64,000 bases of DNA from a virus. Positions 9,459 to 19,568 of this stretch are shown in pieces. The notes under the pieces were generated by a model. It made no database searches and was not told the origin of the DNA. It saw nothing but the letters and a program-made list of their open reading frames with translations. The stretch spans positions 6,851 through 70,850 of the IMG/VR virus record IMGVR_UViG_3300047459_000157, one strand, 5' to 3'. How positions within the stretch are numbered: position 1 is the stretch's first letter; each line of letters starts with the position of its first letter. Both the position numbers and the translations under genes were made by a program.

Positions 9459-11677
9459 TGGCTTACCAACAAGATTTAATAAAGGTTGTTGAACCTATTA
9501 AGATAAATACTATAAAAAGGCTTAATAAGAAAAAAGCTTGGCAATACGGTTATAATAAAGAACATGATATTGTTGTAATTAGTAAAACAGGTCAAATAGG
9601 TGAGATATATGAAATACAAAACTTTCAAATAGCTTTACCACCAGAACCTAAAAAAGTACATAGGTTTGATAGTGACAAATGGGAGATAACTAATCAACCA
9701 AAAGCATTACAAAGAATTAAAACTATATTTGACTGGAGAGAATATCCAGGTGATTTTAAAAATCAGTATGTAGATTATATAGACGAAGAGTTTAAGCGAA
9801 GAGAAGAAGGGTTTTGGTATTACAGCAAAGGTGTACCAATTTATATTACCGGTACTCATTATATGTATTTACAATGGAGTAAAATTGATGTAGGTAATCC
9901 TGATTTTAGAGAAGCTAATAGGTTGTTTTATATATTTTGGGAAGGTTGCAAAGCAGATAAACGATGCTACGGTATGTGCTATCTTAAAAATAGACGATCT
10001 GGTTTTTCGTTTATGGCTTCAGGTGAATTAGTAAACCAAGCTACAATATCAAGTGATGCTAGGTTTGGTATATTATCAAAAACTGGTCCTGACGCAAAGA
10101 AGATGTTTACTGACAAGGTTGTACCAATATCAGTTAACTATCCTTTCTTTTTTAAACCGATTCAAGATGGTATGGATCGACCTAAAACAGAATTAGCATA
10201 TAGAGTGCCAGCTAGTAAGTTAACTAGAAGAAAAATTGAAGCTGGTAGTAATGATAATGACTTACAAGGACTAGATACAACTATTGACTGGAAAAACACT
10301 GGTGATAATAGTTATGATGGTGAAAAGCTTAAACTACTAGCACACGATGAAAGTGGTAAATGGGAAAGACCAAACAATATATTAAATAACTGGAGGGTCA
10401 CAAAAACAACACTACGATTAGGTAGTAGAGTTATTGGTAAGTGTATGATGGGTTCAACATCAAATGCTTTAGATAAAGGCGGTGACAACTTCAAAAAACT
10501 TTATAGAGATTCAGATGTCACAAAAAGAAACCGCAATGGACAGACTAGCTCGGGATTATATAGTTTGTTCATACCTATGGAATGGAACTACGAAGGCTTC
10601 ATTGATTCTTATGGGTTACCTGTATTCGAAACGCCAGACAAAGAAGTATTAGATCCTTTTGGTGATTTTATTGATATAGGTATATTAGAACATTGGCAAA
10701 ACGAAGTTGAAGGTTTAAAACACGATGGAGATGCTTTAAACGAGTTTTATAGACAATTTCCAAGAACTGAAGAACATGCTTTCAGAGACGAGACACAAAA
10801 CAGTATATTTAATTTAGCAAGAATATACGAGCAGATAGATTTTAATGAAGAAGCTGGTGCTCAAAACAATATAACTAGAGGTAACTTCCAATGGGTTAAC
10901 GGTATAAAAGATAGCAAAGTTATGTTTTATCCAGATCCAAAAGGTAGGTTTAAAATAACCTGGACACCACCAGTTCATTTACAAAACAATGTAAAAGAAG
11001 ATAGAGGTAGAAAATATCCTGGTAATGAACACATGGGTGCTTTTGGTTGTGATAGTTACGATATATCAGGTACTGTTGACGGTATGGGATCAAAAGGTGC
11101 TTTACATGGTTTAACTAAGTTTAGCATGGAAGATGCACCTGCAAATCATTTCTTTTTAGAATATATAGCAAGACCACAAACTGCTGAGATATTTTTTGAA
11201 GATGTATTAATGGCTTGTGTATTTTATGGTATGCCTATACTTGCTGAGAACAACAAACCAAGATTATTATATTATTTTAAACGTAGAGGTTATAGAGCAT
11301 ACTCAATGAATAGACCTGATAAAGTTTGGAATAAATTATCAGTAGCAGAGAAAGAAGTAGGTGGAATACCTAATTCAAGTGAAGACATAAAGCAAGCACA
11401 TGCAGCTGCTATTGAAATGTATATACAGAAAAATGTTGGTATACAGAGCGATGGATCTCACGGTAGCTTATATTTTAATGAAACATTAAATGACTGGGCT
11501 AAGTTTGATATAAATAATAGAACAAAACACGATGCTTCTATAAGTACGGGTTTAGCTATTATGGCTTGTAACAGACATTTATATAGTCCGAGTGCTGGTA
11601 AACAAACAACAAAACTAAATATAAAGATAGCTAAATATAAGAATAAAGGAACGCTATCAAAATTAATAACAGAATAA
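9458..11677 (+). CDS. terL: Terminase large subunit
   Basis: Walker A-like KNRRSGFS, Walker B LLAHDESGKW, motif III GSTSN, nuclease FGCDSYD; lies before the portal. Confidence 0.9.
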   Translation: MAYQQDLIKVVEPIKINTIKRLNKKKAWQYGYNKEHDIVVISKTGQIGEIYEIQNFQIALPPEPKKVHRFDSDKWEITNQPKALQRIKTIFDWREYPGDFKNQYVDYIDEEFKRREEGFWYYSKGVPIYITGTHYMYLQWSKIDVGNPDFREANRLFYIFWEGCKADKRCYGMCYLKNRRSGFSFMASGELVNQATISSDARFGILSKTGPDAKKMFTDKVVPISVNYPFFFKPIQDGMDRPKTELAYRVPASKLTRRKIEAGSNDNDLQGLDTTIDWKNTGDNSYDGEKLKLLAHDESGKWERPNNILNNWRVTKTTLRLGSRVIGKCMMGSTSNALDKGGDNFKKLYRDSDVTKRNRNGQTSSGLYSLFIPMEWNYEGFIDSYGLPVFETPDKEVLDPFGDFIDIGILEHWQNEVEGLKHDGDALNEFYRQFPRTEEHAFRDETQNSIFNLARIYEQIDFNEEAGAQNNITRGNFQWVNGIKDSKVMFYPDPKGRFKITWTPPVHLQNNVKEDRGRKYPGNEHMGAFGCDSYDISGTVDGMGSKGALHGLTKFSMEDAPANHFFLEYIARPQTAEIFFEDVLMACVFYGMPILAENNKPRLLYYFKRRGYRAYSMNRPDKVWNKLSVAEKEVGGIPNSSEDIKQAHAAAIEMYIQKNVGIQSDGSHGSLYFNETLNDWAKFDINNRTKHDASISTGLAIMACNRHLYSPSAGKQTTKLNIKIAKYKNKGTLSKLITE

Positions 11678-11678
11678 T

Positions 11679-14105
11679 ATGGCTGAATCAATAATAAAAG
11701 ATCATTTTCCTAGTCAAGTAGCTAGCGATATGGAGAAAATGAGTCCAGAATATGGACTTAAAGTCGCTAAGGCTATTGAAGACGAGTGGTTTAAAAGAGA
11801 CGGCGTTACTTATAGGTTTGCTAGCAATCAAGATACTTTTAATAAGTTAAGGTTATATGCTCGTGGAGAGCAATCTGTACAAAAATATAAAGATGAGTTA
11901 TCAATTAATGGTGACTTAAGCTATTTAAACTTAGACTGGAAACCAGTACCTATCATACCTAAATTTGTAGATATAGTAGTCAATGGTATAGCAGAAAGAG
12001 TTTATGATATAAAAGCATACTCACAAGATCCTTTTGGTGTTAGTAAAAGAACAGCTTATATGGAGGATTTAATGATCGATATGAAGAATAAAGATCTTAA
12101 CGAGTATACTCAAGCTGCTTTTGGTGTAAATATAATACAAACACCAGAAGAACAATTACCTGATAGTAAAGAAGAGTTAGAATTACATATGCAGCTTTCT
12201 TATAAACAAGCTGTTGAGATAGCAGAAGAACAAGCTATATCTACTATAATGAATGGTAATAAATACGAGCTTACTAGAAAAAGATTTTACCGTGATCTAA
12301 CTGTTTTAGGTATTGGTGCTGTTAAAAATTCATTTACTACATCTGAGGGTGTTAAAATTGATTATGTTAATCCAGCTAACTTAGTTTATTCATATACAGA
12401 AAATCCATACTTTGACGATGTATACTATATTGGTGAAGTAAAAACAATACCTGTAAATGAATTAGTAAAACAATTTCCTGATTTAACACAAGGTGAACTA
12501 GAAGAAATAGCTGGTCAAAGTTTAAGGAAAACAGGACATTATACTTCATCAATGCAATTTGATGAGTTAGATAAGAATATGGTTCAGGTTTTATACTTTA
12601 ACTGGAAAACATATGCTAAAGAAATTTATAAAGTAAAAGAAACAGCTTCAGGTGCTGCTAAAATTATTGTTAAAGATGAAAGCTTTGATCCTGTAATGGA
12701 TATAGAGTTAGAACAAAGATTTGGTAAACTAGAAAAACAAATTGAAGTGCTTTACGAAGGCGCTATGATTTTAGGCACAGATAAGCTAATAAAATGGGAA
12801 CTAGCTAAGAATATGCTAAGACCTAAGAGTGATTATACAAAAGTTAAAATGAACTACAATATAGTTGCTCCAAGAATGTACAAGGGTAAAATTGAATCAT
12901 TAGTTGGTAGAATTACAGGTTTTGCTGATATGATACAAATAACCCATTTAAAACTACAACAAGTGTTATCGCGAATGGTACCTGACGGCATATATATGGA
13001 TGCTGATGGCCTAGCGGAAATAGATTTAGGTAATGGTACTAACTATAATCCACAGGAAGCTTTGAACATGTTTTTCCAAACAGGTTCGATTATAGGTAGA
13101 TCTATGACATCGGAAGGTGATATGAACCCAGGAAAAATTCCTATTCAAGAAATTCAATCTGGGGCAGGTGGTGCAAAACTACAGTCATTAATTCAGACTT
13201 ATAATTATTATCTTCAAATGATAAGAGATGTCACCGGTTTAAATGAAGCAAGGGATGCTAGCACGCCAGACGCGAAATCACTAGTTGGTGTACAAAAAAT
13301 AGCTGCTGCAAATAGTAACACTGCTACGAGACATATATTACAAGCAGGATTATTTTTAACAGCTGAAACAGCTGAAGGTGTATCGTTAAGAATATCTGAT
13401 ATTATTGAATACTCACCTACAAAAGAAGCATTTATACAACAAATAGGTTCTCATAATGTAGCAACGTTAGAAGAAATGGCTAACTTACATTTATATGACT
13501 TTGGTATATTTATTGAATTAGAACCAGATGAAGAAGAAAAACAGTTACTAGAAAACAATATTCAAATGGCTTTAACTCAACAAAGTATAGAGTTAGAAGA
13601 TGCTGTTGATCTTAGAATGATTAAAAATGTTAAGCTAGCTAATCAATTGTTAAAGATTAGAAGAAAGAAGAAACAAAAGAAAGATCAAGAGATACAGCAA
13701 CAAAACATTGAAGCACAAGCTAAAGCAAATGCAGAAGCTCAACAAGTAGCTGCACAGGCTGAAGTTCAAAAGAATCAAGCTATTGTTCAGTCTCAATTAC
13801 AGTTAGAAGAAGGTAAGTTTCAACTTGAATCACAAAAAATGATGCAAGAGGCAAAACTTAAAAAATCACTAATGGCTTATGAGTTTCAACTTAACATGCA
13901 GTTAAAAGGTATCGAAGAAGAAAAGGTCGATAAAAAAGAAAAATACAAGGAAGATCGTAAAGATGAAAGAACTAGAATACAAGCTAGTCAACAATCTGAG
14001 CTAATCGACCAAAGAAATAGTGGTAAACCACCTAAAAAGTTTGAGTCTACAGGTAATGATAACTTAGGCACAGGCTTTGATCTAGGACAGTTTATCCCTA
14101 GATAA
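11679..14105 (+). CDS. Portal protein
   Basis: 808 aa directly after terL, with RDVTGLNEARD segment and a Q/E/K-rich coiled-coil C-terminus, as in P22-type podovirus portals. Confidence 0.85.
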   Translation: MAESIIKDHFPSQVASDMEKMSPEYGLKVAKAIEDEWFKRDGVTYRFASNQDTFNKLRLYARGEQSVQKYKDELSINGDLSYLNLDWKPVPIIPKFVDIVVNGIAERVYDIKAYSQDPFGVSKRTAYMEDLMIDMKNKDLNEYTQAAFGVNIIQTPEEQLPDSKEELELHMQLSYKQAVEIAEEQAISTIMNGNKYELTRKRFYRDLTVLGIGAVKNSFTTSEGVKIDYVNPANLVYSYTENPYFDDVYYIGEVKTIPVNELVKQFPDLTQGELEEIAGQSLRKTGHYTSSMQFDELDKNMVQVLYFNWKTYAKEIYKVKETASGAAKIIVKDESFDPVMDIELEQRFGKLEKQIEVLYEGAMILGTDKLIKWELAKNMLRPKSDYTKVKMNYNIVAPRMYKGKIESLVGRITGFADMIQITHLKLQQVLSRMVPDGIYMDADGLAEIDLGNGTNYNPQEALNMFFQTGSIIGRSMTSEGDMNPGKIPIQEIQSGAGGAKLQSLIQTYNYYLQMIRDVTGLNEARDASTPDAKSLVGVQKIAAANSNTATRHILQAGLFLTAETAEGVSLRISDIIEYSPTKEAFIQQIGSHNVATLEEMANLHLYDFGIFIELEPDEEEKQLLENNIQMALTQQSIELEDAVDLRMIKNVKLANQLLKIRRKKKQKKDQEIQQQNIEAQAKANAEAQQVAAQAEVQKNQAIVQSQLQLEEGKFQLESQKMMQEAKLKKSLMAYEFQLNMQLKGIEEEKVDKKEKYKEDRKDERTRIQASQQSELIDQRNSGKPPKKFESTGNDNLGTGFDLGQFIPR

Positions 14106-14131
14106 TTTGTTTAATTTTATAATATTATATT

Positions 14132-15358
14132 ATGGCTAATAAAAAAGAAGAAAAGGTAGTTGAAGAAGTTCAACCAACCAAAACAAAAGCAAAGGAAGTT
14201 AAGGAACAAGTAGAATCAGAGGGTGGCAATATGAAAGCACCTGCTAAAAAGAAAGCTACTAAACCTAAAAAACTTACCTCACAAGAACCTACAATATCAA
14301 AAGTAGATTTAAGTGAAAAGAAAGAAGAGCAACCAAAAGATGATGTTGCTAAAGTTGATTTAAGTAAAAAAGAAGAACCTGTAGAACAAGTTAAAGAAGA
14401 GGTTACTCCTGAAGAAACAACAGAGGTAGAAGATACACCCGTTGTTGAGGAGATAACTGATGAAGAAGTTGTTGAGCAGAAAGTAGAAGAAACAAAAGAA
14501 GAAGTTGTTGAAGCTATTGAAGAAGCTAAACAAACAGGAGATCCTTTACCGGAAAATATTCAAAAAGTTGTAGACTTTATGAGTGAAACTGGTGGAAGTC
14601 TTGAAGAATACGTTAGATTAAATCAAGACTATAATAATTACGATGAAAATCAATTATTAAGAGAATACTACAAACAAACTAAACCACATCTTACTGATGA
14701 TGAAATTAGTTTTGTTATGGAAGATCGTTTTTCTTACAACGAAGACGTTGATGAAGAAAAAGATGTTCGTAGAAAGAAATTAGCATTGAAAGAGCAAGTT
14801 GCTGATGCTAAGAACCATTTGGAAGGTTTAAAATCCAAGTACTATGCGGAAATTAAAAGCGGAGTTAAGTTAACTTCAGATCAACAAAAAGCTGTAGATT
14901 TCTTCAATAGGTATAACAAAGAGCAAGAAGGTGTTCAACAAAGATCGGATGTTTTTAATAAGAAAACTAACGAAGTTTTTACTGATCAATTCAAAGGTTT
15001 TGAATATAGTATTGGTGAAAAAAGATTTAGGTTCAATGTTAAAGACGTAGATAAGGTTAAAAATAACCAAAGCAATATCAATAATTTTGTAAAACCGTTT
15101 TTGAATAAAAACAACGAAATGGATAATGCTAAGGCTTATCATAAATCATTATTTACTGCTATGAACGCAGATGCGGTAGCAAATCATTTTTACCAACAAG
15201 GTAAAGCAGATGCTATGAAAGAAAGTGTTGCCAAGGCGAAAAATGTAAATATGGACCCAAGACAACAGTTTACTGGACAAGTTGAAGCTGGAGGTATGAA
15301 GGTAAGAGCGATCACTGGTGATAATGCTAACAAGCTTAGAGTTAAAATTAAAAAATAA
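14132..15358 (+). CDS. Capsid scaffolding protein
   Basis: Acidic E/K-rich disordered N-terminus and helical C-terminus, between portal and capsid. Confidence 0.7.
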   Translation: MANKKEEKVVEEVQPTKTKAKEVKEQVESEGGNMKAPAKKKATKPKKLTSQEPTISKVDLSEKKEEQPKDDVAKVDLSKKEEPVEQVKEEVTPEETTEVEDTPVVEEITDEEVVEQKVEETKEEVVEAIEEAKQTGDPLPENIQKVVDFMSETGGSLEEYVRLNQDYNNYDENQLLREYYKQTKPHLTDDEISFVMEDRFSYNEDVDEEKDVRRKKLALKEQVADAKNHLEGLKSKYYAEIKSGVKLTSDQQKAVDFFNRYNKEQEGVQQRSDVFNKKTNEVFTDQFKGFEYSIGEKRFRFNVKDVDKVKNNQSNINNFVKPFLNKNNEMDNAKAYHKSLFTAMNADAVANHFYQQGKADAMKESVAKAKNVNMDPRQQFTGQVEAGGMKVRAITGDNANKLRVKIKK

Positions 15359-15383
15359 GTTTAACAATTAAAAATTAAAAATT

Positions 15384-16880
15384 ATGCCTTTTTCGAGTTC
15401 AGGTGCTTACTTAGCACATTTAACTCCGCGTCCTACACAAGATGTATATAATGATAACTATTTATCATTTGATAGTGCATCAGGTGGCGGAACATTCGCA
15501 CAACAATTTTTACCAGAAATCTACGAAAAAGAAGTAGAAAGATACGGAAAGAGAACAATCTCTGGTTTCTTAAAAATGGTAGGAGCTGAAATGCCAATGG
15601 CTTCAGATCAAGTAATTTGGTCGGAGCAAGGAAGACTACACGTTGCATATAGCGACGAAGTAACAGGAGAGTCTGCAAACATTAACAATGCTGACGGTAA
15701 TTCAATTACTATTCCATTAGAAGCTGATGGAACTAGCTTAATCAAAAACCACGATACTATCGTAGTTTCTAACTTAGCTGGTACTAAAGTTTTAAAATGT
15801 TTAGTAGTTAATAACGGTGGTACTGCTAATATTACAGTTGCTCCTTACACACAAAGAAGATTATCAGGAAATAACGATGCTGGTGCAAACACTGGTGGCG
15901 TTAACTTTAGTAATTCTGAAGACGTGAAAATCTTTGTTTACGGTACTGAATACATGAAAGGATCTAGCGGTTTAGCTGGTTCTATGGATGCTAAGTTTAC
16001 TCAGTTTAGCAACAGACCTACTATCATGAGAGACAGATACAGAATCTCTGGTTCTGACACTGCTCAAATTGGTTGGGTTGAAGTTACAACTGAAAACGGT
16101 GCTTCTGGTTATTTATGGTACTTAAAATCTGAGCATGAAGCTAGATTAAGATTTGAGGATCAAATGGAAATGGTAATGATCGAAGGTGAGCAAGTAAATA
16201 TGCCTACTGGACATACATACCAAGGAACTGGCAACTTCGCGGTTGGTGGTACTCAAGGATTATTCTCTGCTTTAAATGCAAGAGGATTAGTATGGACTGG
16301 AACTGATTTTGATCAGGTAGCTGGTTCTGCTCCTTTCGCTCAAGGTGGTTTAACTGAGTTTGATACAATTCTACAAGAATTGGACAAGCAAGGTGCTATT
16401 GAAGAAAACATGATGTTCTTAAATAGAGCTACGTCTCTAGAAATTGACAACATGCTAGCTTCAATTAACTCTGCTTCTGCTGGTGGATCATCTTACGGTG
16501 TATTCAACAACGATGAGGATATGGCGCTTAATTTAGGTTTCTCTGGTTTCAGAAGAGGTTCTTATGACTTCTACAAAACTGACTGGAAATACTTAAATGA
16601 CTCTGTAACAAGAGGACTAGTAAGTGACGTAGAAGGAGTTATTGTACCTGCTGGTACTTCAACTGTTTATGATGAAAATCTTGGAAAAAATATATCTAGA
16701 CCGTTCTTACACGTAAGATATAGAGCTTCTGAAGCTGATGACAGAAAATTCAAATCTTGGATTACTGGATCAGTTGGTGGTAGCTATACAAGTGACGCTG
16801 ATGAAATGGTTGTAAACTTCCTTTCAGAAAGATGTTTATGTGTTCAAGCTGCGAATAACTTCGTATTATTGAAGCAATAA
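15384..16880 (+). CDS. Major capsid protein
   Basis: 498 aa after the scaffold and followed by a strong terminator; codon usage looks high-expression (AAC/TTC/ATC). Confidence 0.8.
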   Translation: MPFSSSGAYLAHLTPRPTQDVYNDNYLSFDSASGGGTFAQQFLPEIYEKEVERYGKRTISGFLKMVGAEMPMASDQVIWSEQGRLHVAYSDEVTGESANINNADGNSITIPLEADGTSLIKNHDTIVVSNLAGTKVLKCLVVNNGGTANITVAPYTQRRLSGNNDAGANTGGVNFSNSEDVKIFVYGTEYMKGSSGLAGSMDAKFTQFSNRPTIMRDRYRISGSDTAQIGWVEVTTENGASGYLWYLKSEHEARLRFEDQMEMVMIEGEQVNMPTGHTYQGTGNFAVGGTQGLFSALNARGLVWTGTDFDQVAGSAPFAQGGLTEFDTILQELDKQGAIEENMMFLNRATSLEIDNMLASINSASAGGSSYGVFNNDEDMALNLGFSGFRRGSYDFYKTDWKYLNDSVTRGLVSDVEGVIVPAGTSTVYDENLGKNISRPFLHVRYRASEADDRKFKSWITGSVGGSYTSDADEMVVNFLSERCLCVQAANNFVLLKQ

Positions 16881-16892
16881 TATCACATTATT

Positions 16893-16932
16893 AAAAGCAA
16901 AGGGAGCTTCGGCTCCCTACGCTTTTATTTTT
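16893..16932 (+). terminator. Intrinsic terminator
   Basis: AGGGAGC-TTCG-GCTCCCT (cUUCGg loop) flanked by AAAAGC/GCTTTT and a T-tract. Confidence 0.85.
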
Positions 16933-16957
16933 ATAAACTATTAAATTATATTATATC

Positions 16958-17677
16958 ATGGACAAAGTATATTTATTAAAAGGGGCTCAACAGCCACCTG
17001 TAGTTACACTACAATCAAAGCATACAAGAAGAAAACCTTTACTTCATTTTGATAAAGAAAAGGGACATCAACAAGAATTAAGGTATGCAACTAACCAAAA
17101 ATCACCTTTCGTTGAAGAACAAAAAGGTGTTGCAACATTAGGTCATATTTCATTTAGATCAGGAAAATTAATTGTTCCTGAAACTAAACCTAACCTGATT
17201 AAATTCTTAGAATTACATCCATTAAACGGAACGTTATTCTTTGAGTATAAACCTGTTGAAATAGCAACAAATCAAGTCGATGCAATTGAGTTAGAGTTTA
17301 ACGCTTTAAGTTTAGCTAAGAAATTAGAAATAGACGACTTAGAAGCAATAATGAGAGTTGAATTAGGTAGTAAGGTTAGAAAAATGTCAAGCAAGGAAAT
17401 TAAAAGAGATGCTTTGATGTTTGCAAAAAGAAAACCTTCTGCATTTATTGAACTAGCTGGAGATGATAACGTTCAACTTAGAAACGTTGGTATTAAAGCA
17501 GTTGAAGCTGATATTATCAAATTATCTAATGACAACAGAAAATTCACATGGGCAAGTAACGGTAGAAAACTATTTACAGTACCATTTGAAGAACATCCAT
17601 ATTCAGCGTTAGCCGCTTGGCTAAAAACTGATGAAGGACTAGAGGTTCTTAAAACATTAGAAAAAAGATTAAAATAA
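16958..17677 (+). CDS. Conserved-looking hypothetical protein downstream of the capsid gene
   Basis: 239-aa ORF with good coding character. Confidence 0.6.
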   Translation: MDKVYLLKGAQQPPVVTLQSKHTRRKPLLHFDKEKGHQQELRYATNQKSPFVEEQKGVATLGHISFRSGKLIVPETKPNLIKFLELHPLNGTLFFEYKPVEIATNQVDAIELEFNALSLAKKLEIDDLEAIMRVELGSKVRKMSSKEIKRDALMFAKRKPSAFIELAGDDNVQLRNVGIKAVEADIIKLSNDNRKFTWASNGRKLFTVPFEEHPYSALAAWLKTDEGLEVLKTLEKRLK

Positions 17678-17683
17678 TAATCA

Positions 17684-17727
17684 TTTATAGAGGTGGTCAT
17701 CTCTATAGGTGACCACTTACTATAAAA
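17684..17727. other. Long intergenic hairpin
   Basis: TTTATAG-AGGTGGTCATCT-CTAT-AGGTGACCACTT-A-CTATAAA forms an extended stem with G.U pairs. Confidence 0.6.
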
Positions 17728-17735
17728 AAGAAATT

Positions 17736-18449
17736 ATGGCAGTAAATATAAACACAGTTTATCAAAGAGTATTAGCAATTGCTAACAAAGAGCAAAGAGG
17801 ATATATTACGCCTCAGGAGTTTAATCTATTTGCCAACCAAGCTCAGATGGATATATTTGAGCAATATTTTTATGATCTAAATCAGTTTGGTAGAATATCA
17901 GGTAATGATACTACTTATGCTGATATGATAGATTTAATAAATGAAAAAGTAGATATATTTGAAAGATTCAGAGCAGCATTAACAGATCTTTCAGCTGCAG
18001 GTATTGGTACTTGGCCAGCATACTACAGAATGGGTGAGGTATATTATAAATACAAAGGTGATTATATTGAAATAGAAAAAATAAATCAAAATCAAATTCA
18101 CCATATACAAAACGCTCCATTAATAGCACCAACCGTAACACGACCGTGTTATGTACAATTAACAGAACAAACTTTTCAAACCTTTCCAACTATAACTGTA
18201 GAAACAGATATATTTTTTAATTATATAGCTAGACCAAGAGCTGTCAACTGGGGTTATGTTATAAACACAGCTAATGGATCTGCATTGTACAACGCTAACA
18301 CTTCTGCAAATTTTGAACTACATGCGTCAGAAGAAACTGAGTTAGTTATAAAGATATTAGAACTAGCTGGTATACAAATCAAGCAAACTGATCTATATCA
18401 AATAGCTGCTCAAGAAGAAGCACAAAACACACAACAAGAAAAACAATAA
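17736..18449 (+). CDS. Head-tail adaptor / tail ring protein
   Basis: Likely start MAVNINTVY at 17736. Position after the capsid gene; EFNLFANQAQ helix and YIARP motif. Confidence 0.55.
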   Translation: MAVNINTVYQRVLAIANKEQRGYITPQEFNLFANQAQMDIFEQYFYDLNQFGRISGNDTTYADMIDLINEKVDIFERFRAALTDLSAAGIGTWPAYYRMGEVYYKYKGDYIEIEKINQNQIHHIQNAPLIAPTVTRPCYVQLTEQTFQTFPTITVETDIFFNYIARPRAVNWGYVINTANGSALYNANTSANFELHASEETELVIKILELAGIQIKQTDLYQIAAQEEAQNTQQEKQ

Positions 18450-18452
18450 GAT

Positions 18453-19565
18453 ATGCCACTATTAACAGGAACTAATGAACAATATTATGCTAACCAGCAG
18501 ACATTTGAAAACGCTAATGGTAGTATAACTGGATCTAGTAATGAGTTTAGATTAACCTTTGATCCTTTACCAGCTACTGAGGCTGACTTTCAAATATTTA
18601 TAGATGGTGTAGAACAAAACACTAACACTTATGTTTATACTGCTACTGGTAGTAACTCAGGTCGTATAGTGTTTGATACAGCACCAGCTAATGGTGTTAT
18701 AATAATAGTTAGACAAACAACGTTTAGCGAAGACTTAGGTAACTATCAATATATAACATTACAAGATGCTGTAAATAACTTTTTGTTTTCTTACGTTGGT
18801 GAAGATAAAATAATAGGTAAGGTAAAGAGAGCTGATGTATTATTTCATGCTCAAAGATGTTTACAGGAACTTAGCTATGATACATTAAAGTCAGAAAAAT
18901 CACAAGAGATAGAAGTACCACCAAGTTTAAAAATGGCTCTGCCTCACGACTATGTTAACTATGTTAAAGTATGTTATATAGATAATAATGGTATTGAAAG
19001 AGTTTTACAACCTGCAAGAAAAACTAGCAACCCTAGATCCATACTACAAGACGGTAGTTTTAATTATTTATTTAATGAAGATGGTTCTATAATGGAAGCA
19101 GGTGATTCTGTTGAGTGGGCTAGGTATCAAGCCAACAGTGGTCAAGCTAATAGTGATCTTGACATGAGATATGATATTAATGACTTTGATACAGCTGAAG
19201 GTAAAAGATATGGTTTAGAACCTGAAAACGCTCAGGTAAATGGTGTATACTATATAGATGGTGTTAGAGGTTATATACACTTTAGTAATACAATGAATCA
19301 AAAAACAGTAGTACTAAAATATATAAGCGATGGTGTTGGTACTGAAGAAGAAAAAATAATACACAAGTTTGCTGAAGAAGCATTATATAAATGGGTAGCA
19401 CACGCTATATTATCTGTAAAACAAGCTGTACCTGAATATGTTATTCAAAGATTTAAGAAAGAAAGATTTGCAGCTATAAGACAGGCTAAATTAAGATTAT
19501 CTAATTTTAAATCTGAAGAGTTAGCTCAAGTAATGAGAGGTAAATCGAAATTTATAAAACACTAA
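18453..19565 (+). CDS. Tail structural (ring/adaptor) protein
   Basis: 370 aa with N-terminal beta domain (FDTAPANG) and an adaptor-like LPHDYVNY segment. Confidence 0.55.
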   Translation: MPLLTGTNEQYYANQQTFENANGSITGSSNEFRLTFDPLPATEADFQIFIDGVEQNTNTYVYTATGSNSGRIVFDTAPANGVIIIVRQTTFSEDLGNYQYITLQDAVNNFLFSYVGEDKIIGKVKRADVLFHAQRCLQELSYDTLKSEKSQEIEVPPSLKMALPHDYVNYVKVCYIDNNGIERVLQPARKTSNPRSILQDGSFNYLFNEDGSIMEAGDSVEWARYQANSGQANSDLDMRYDINDFDTAEGKRYGLEPENAQVNGVYYIDGVRGYIHFSNTMNQKTVVLKYISDGVGTEEEKIIHKFAEEALYKWVAHAILSVKQAVPEYVIQRFKKERFAAIRQAKLRLSNFKSEELAQVMRGKSKFIKH

Positions 19566-19568
19566 ACA

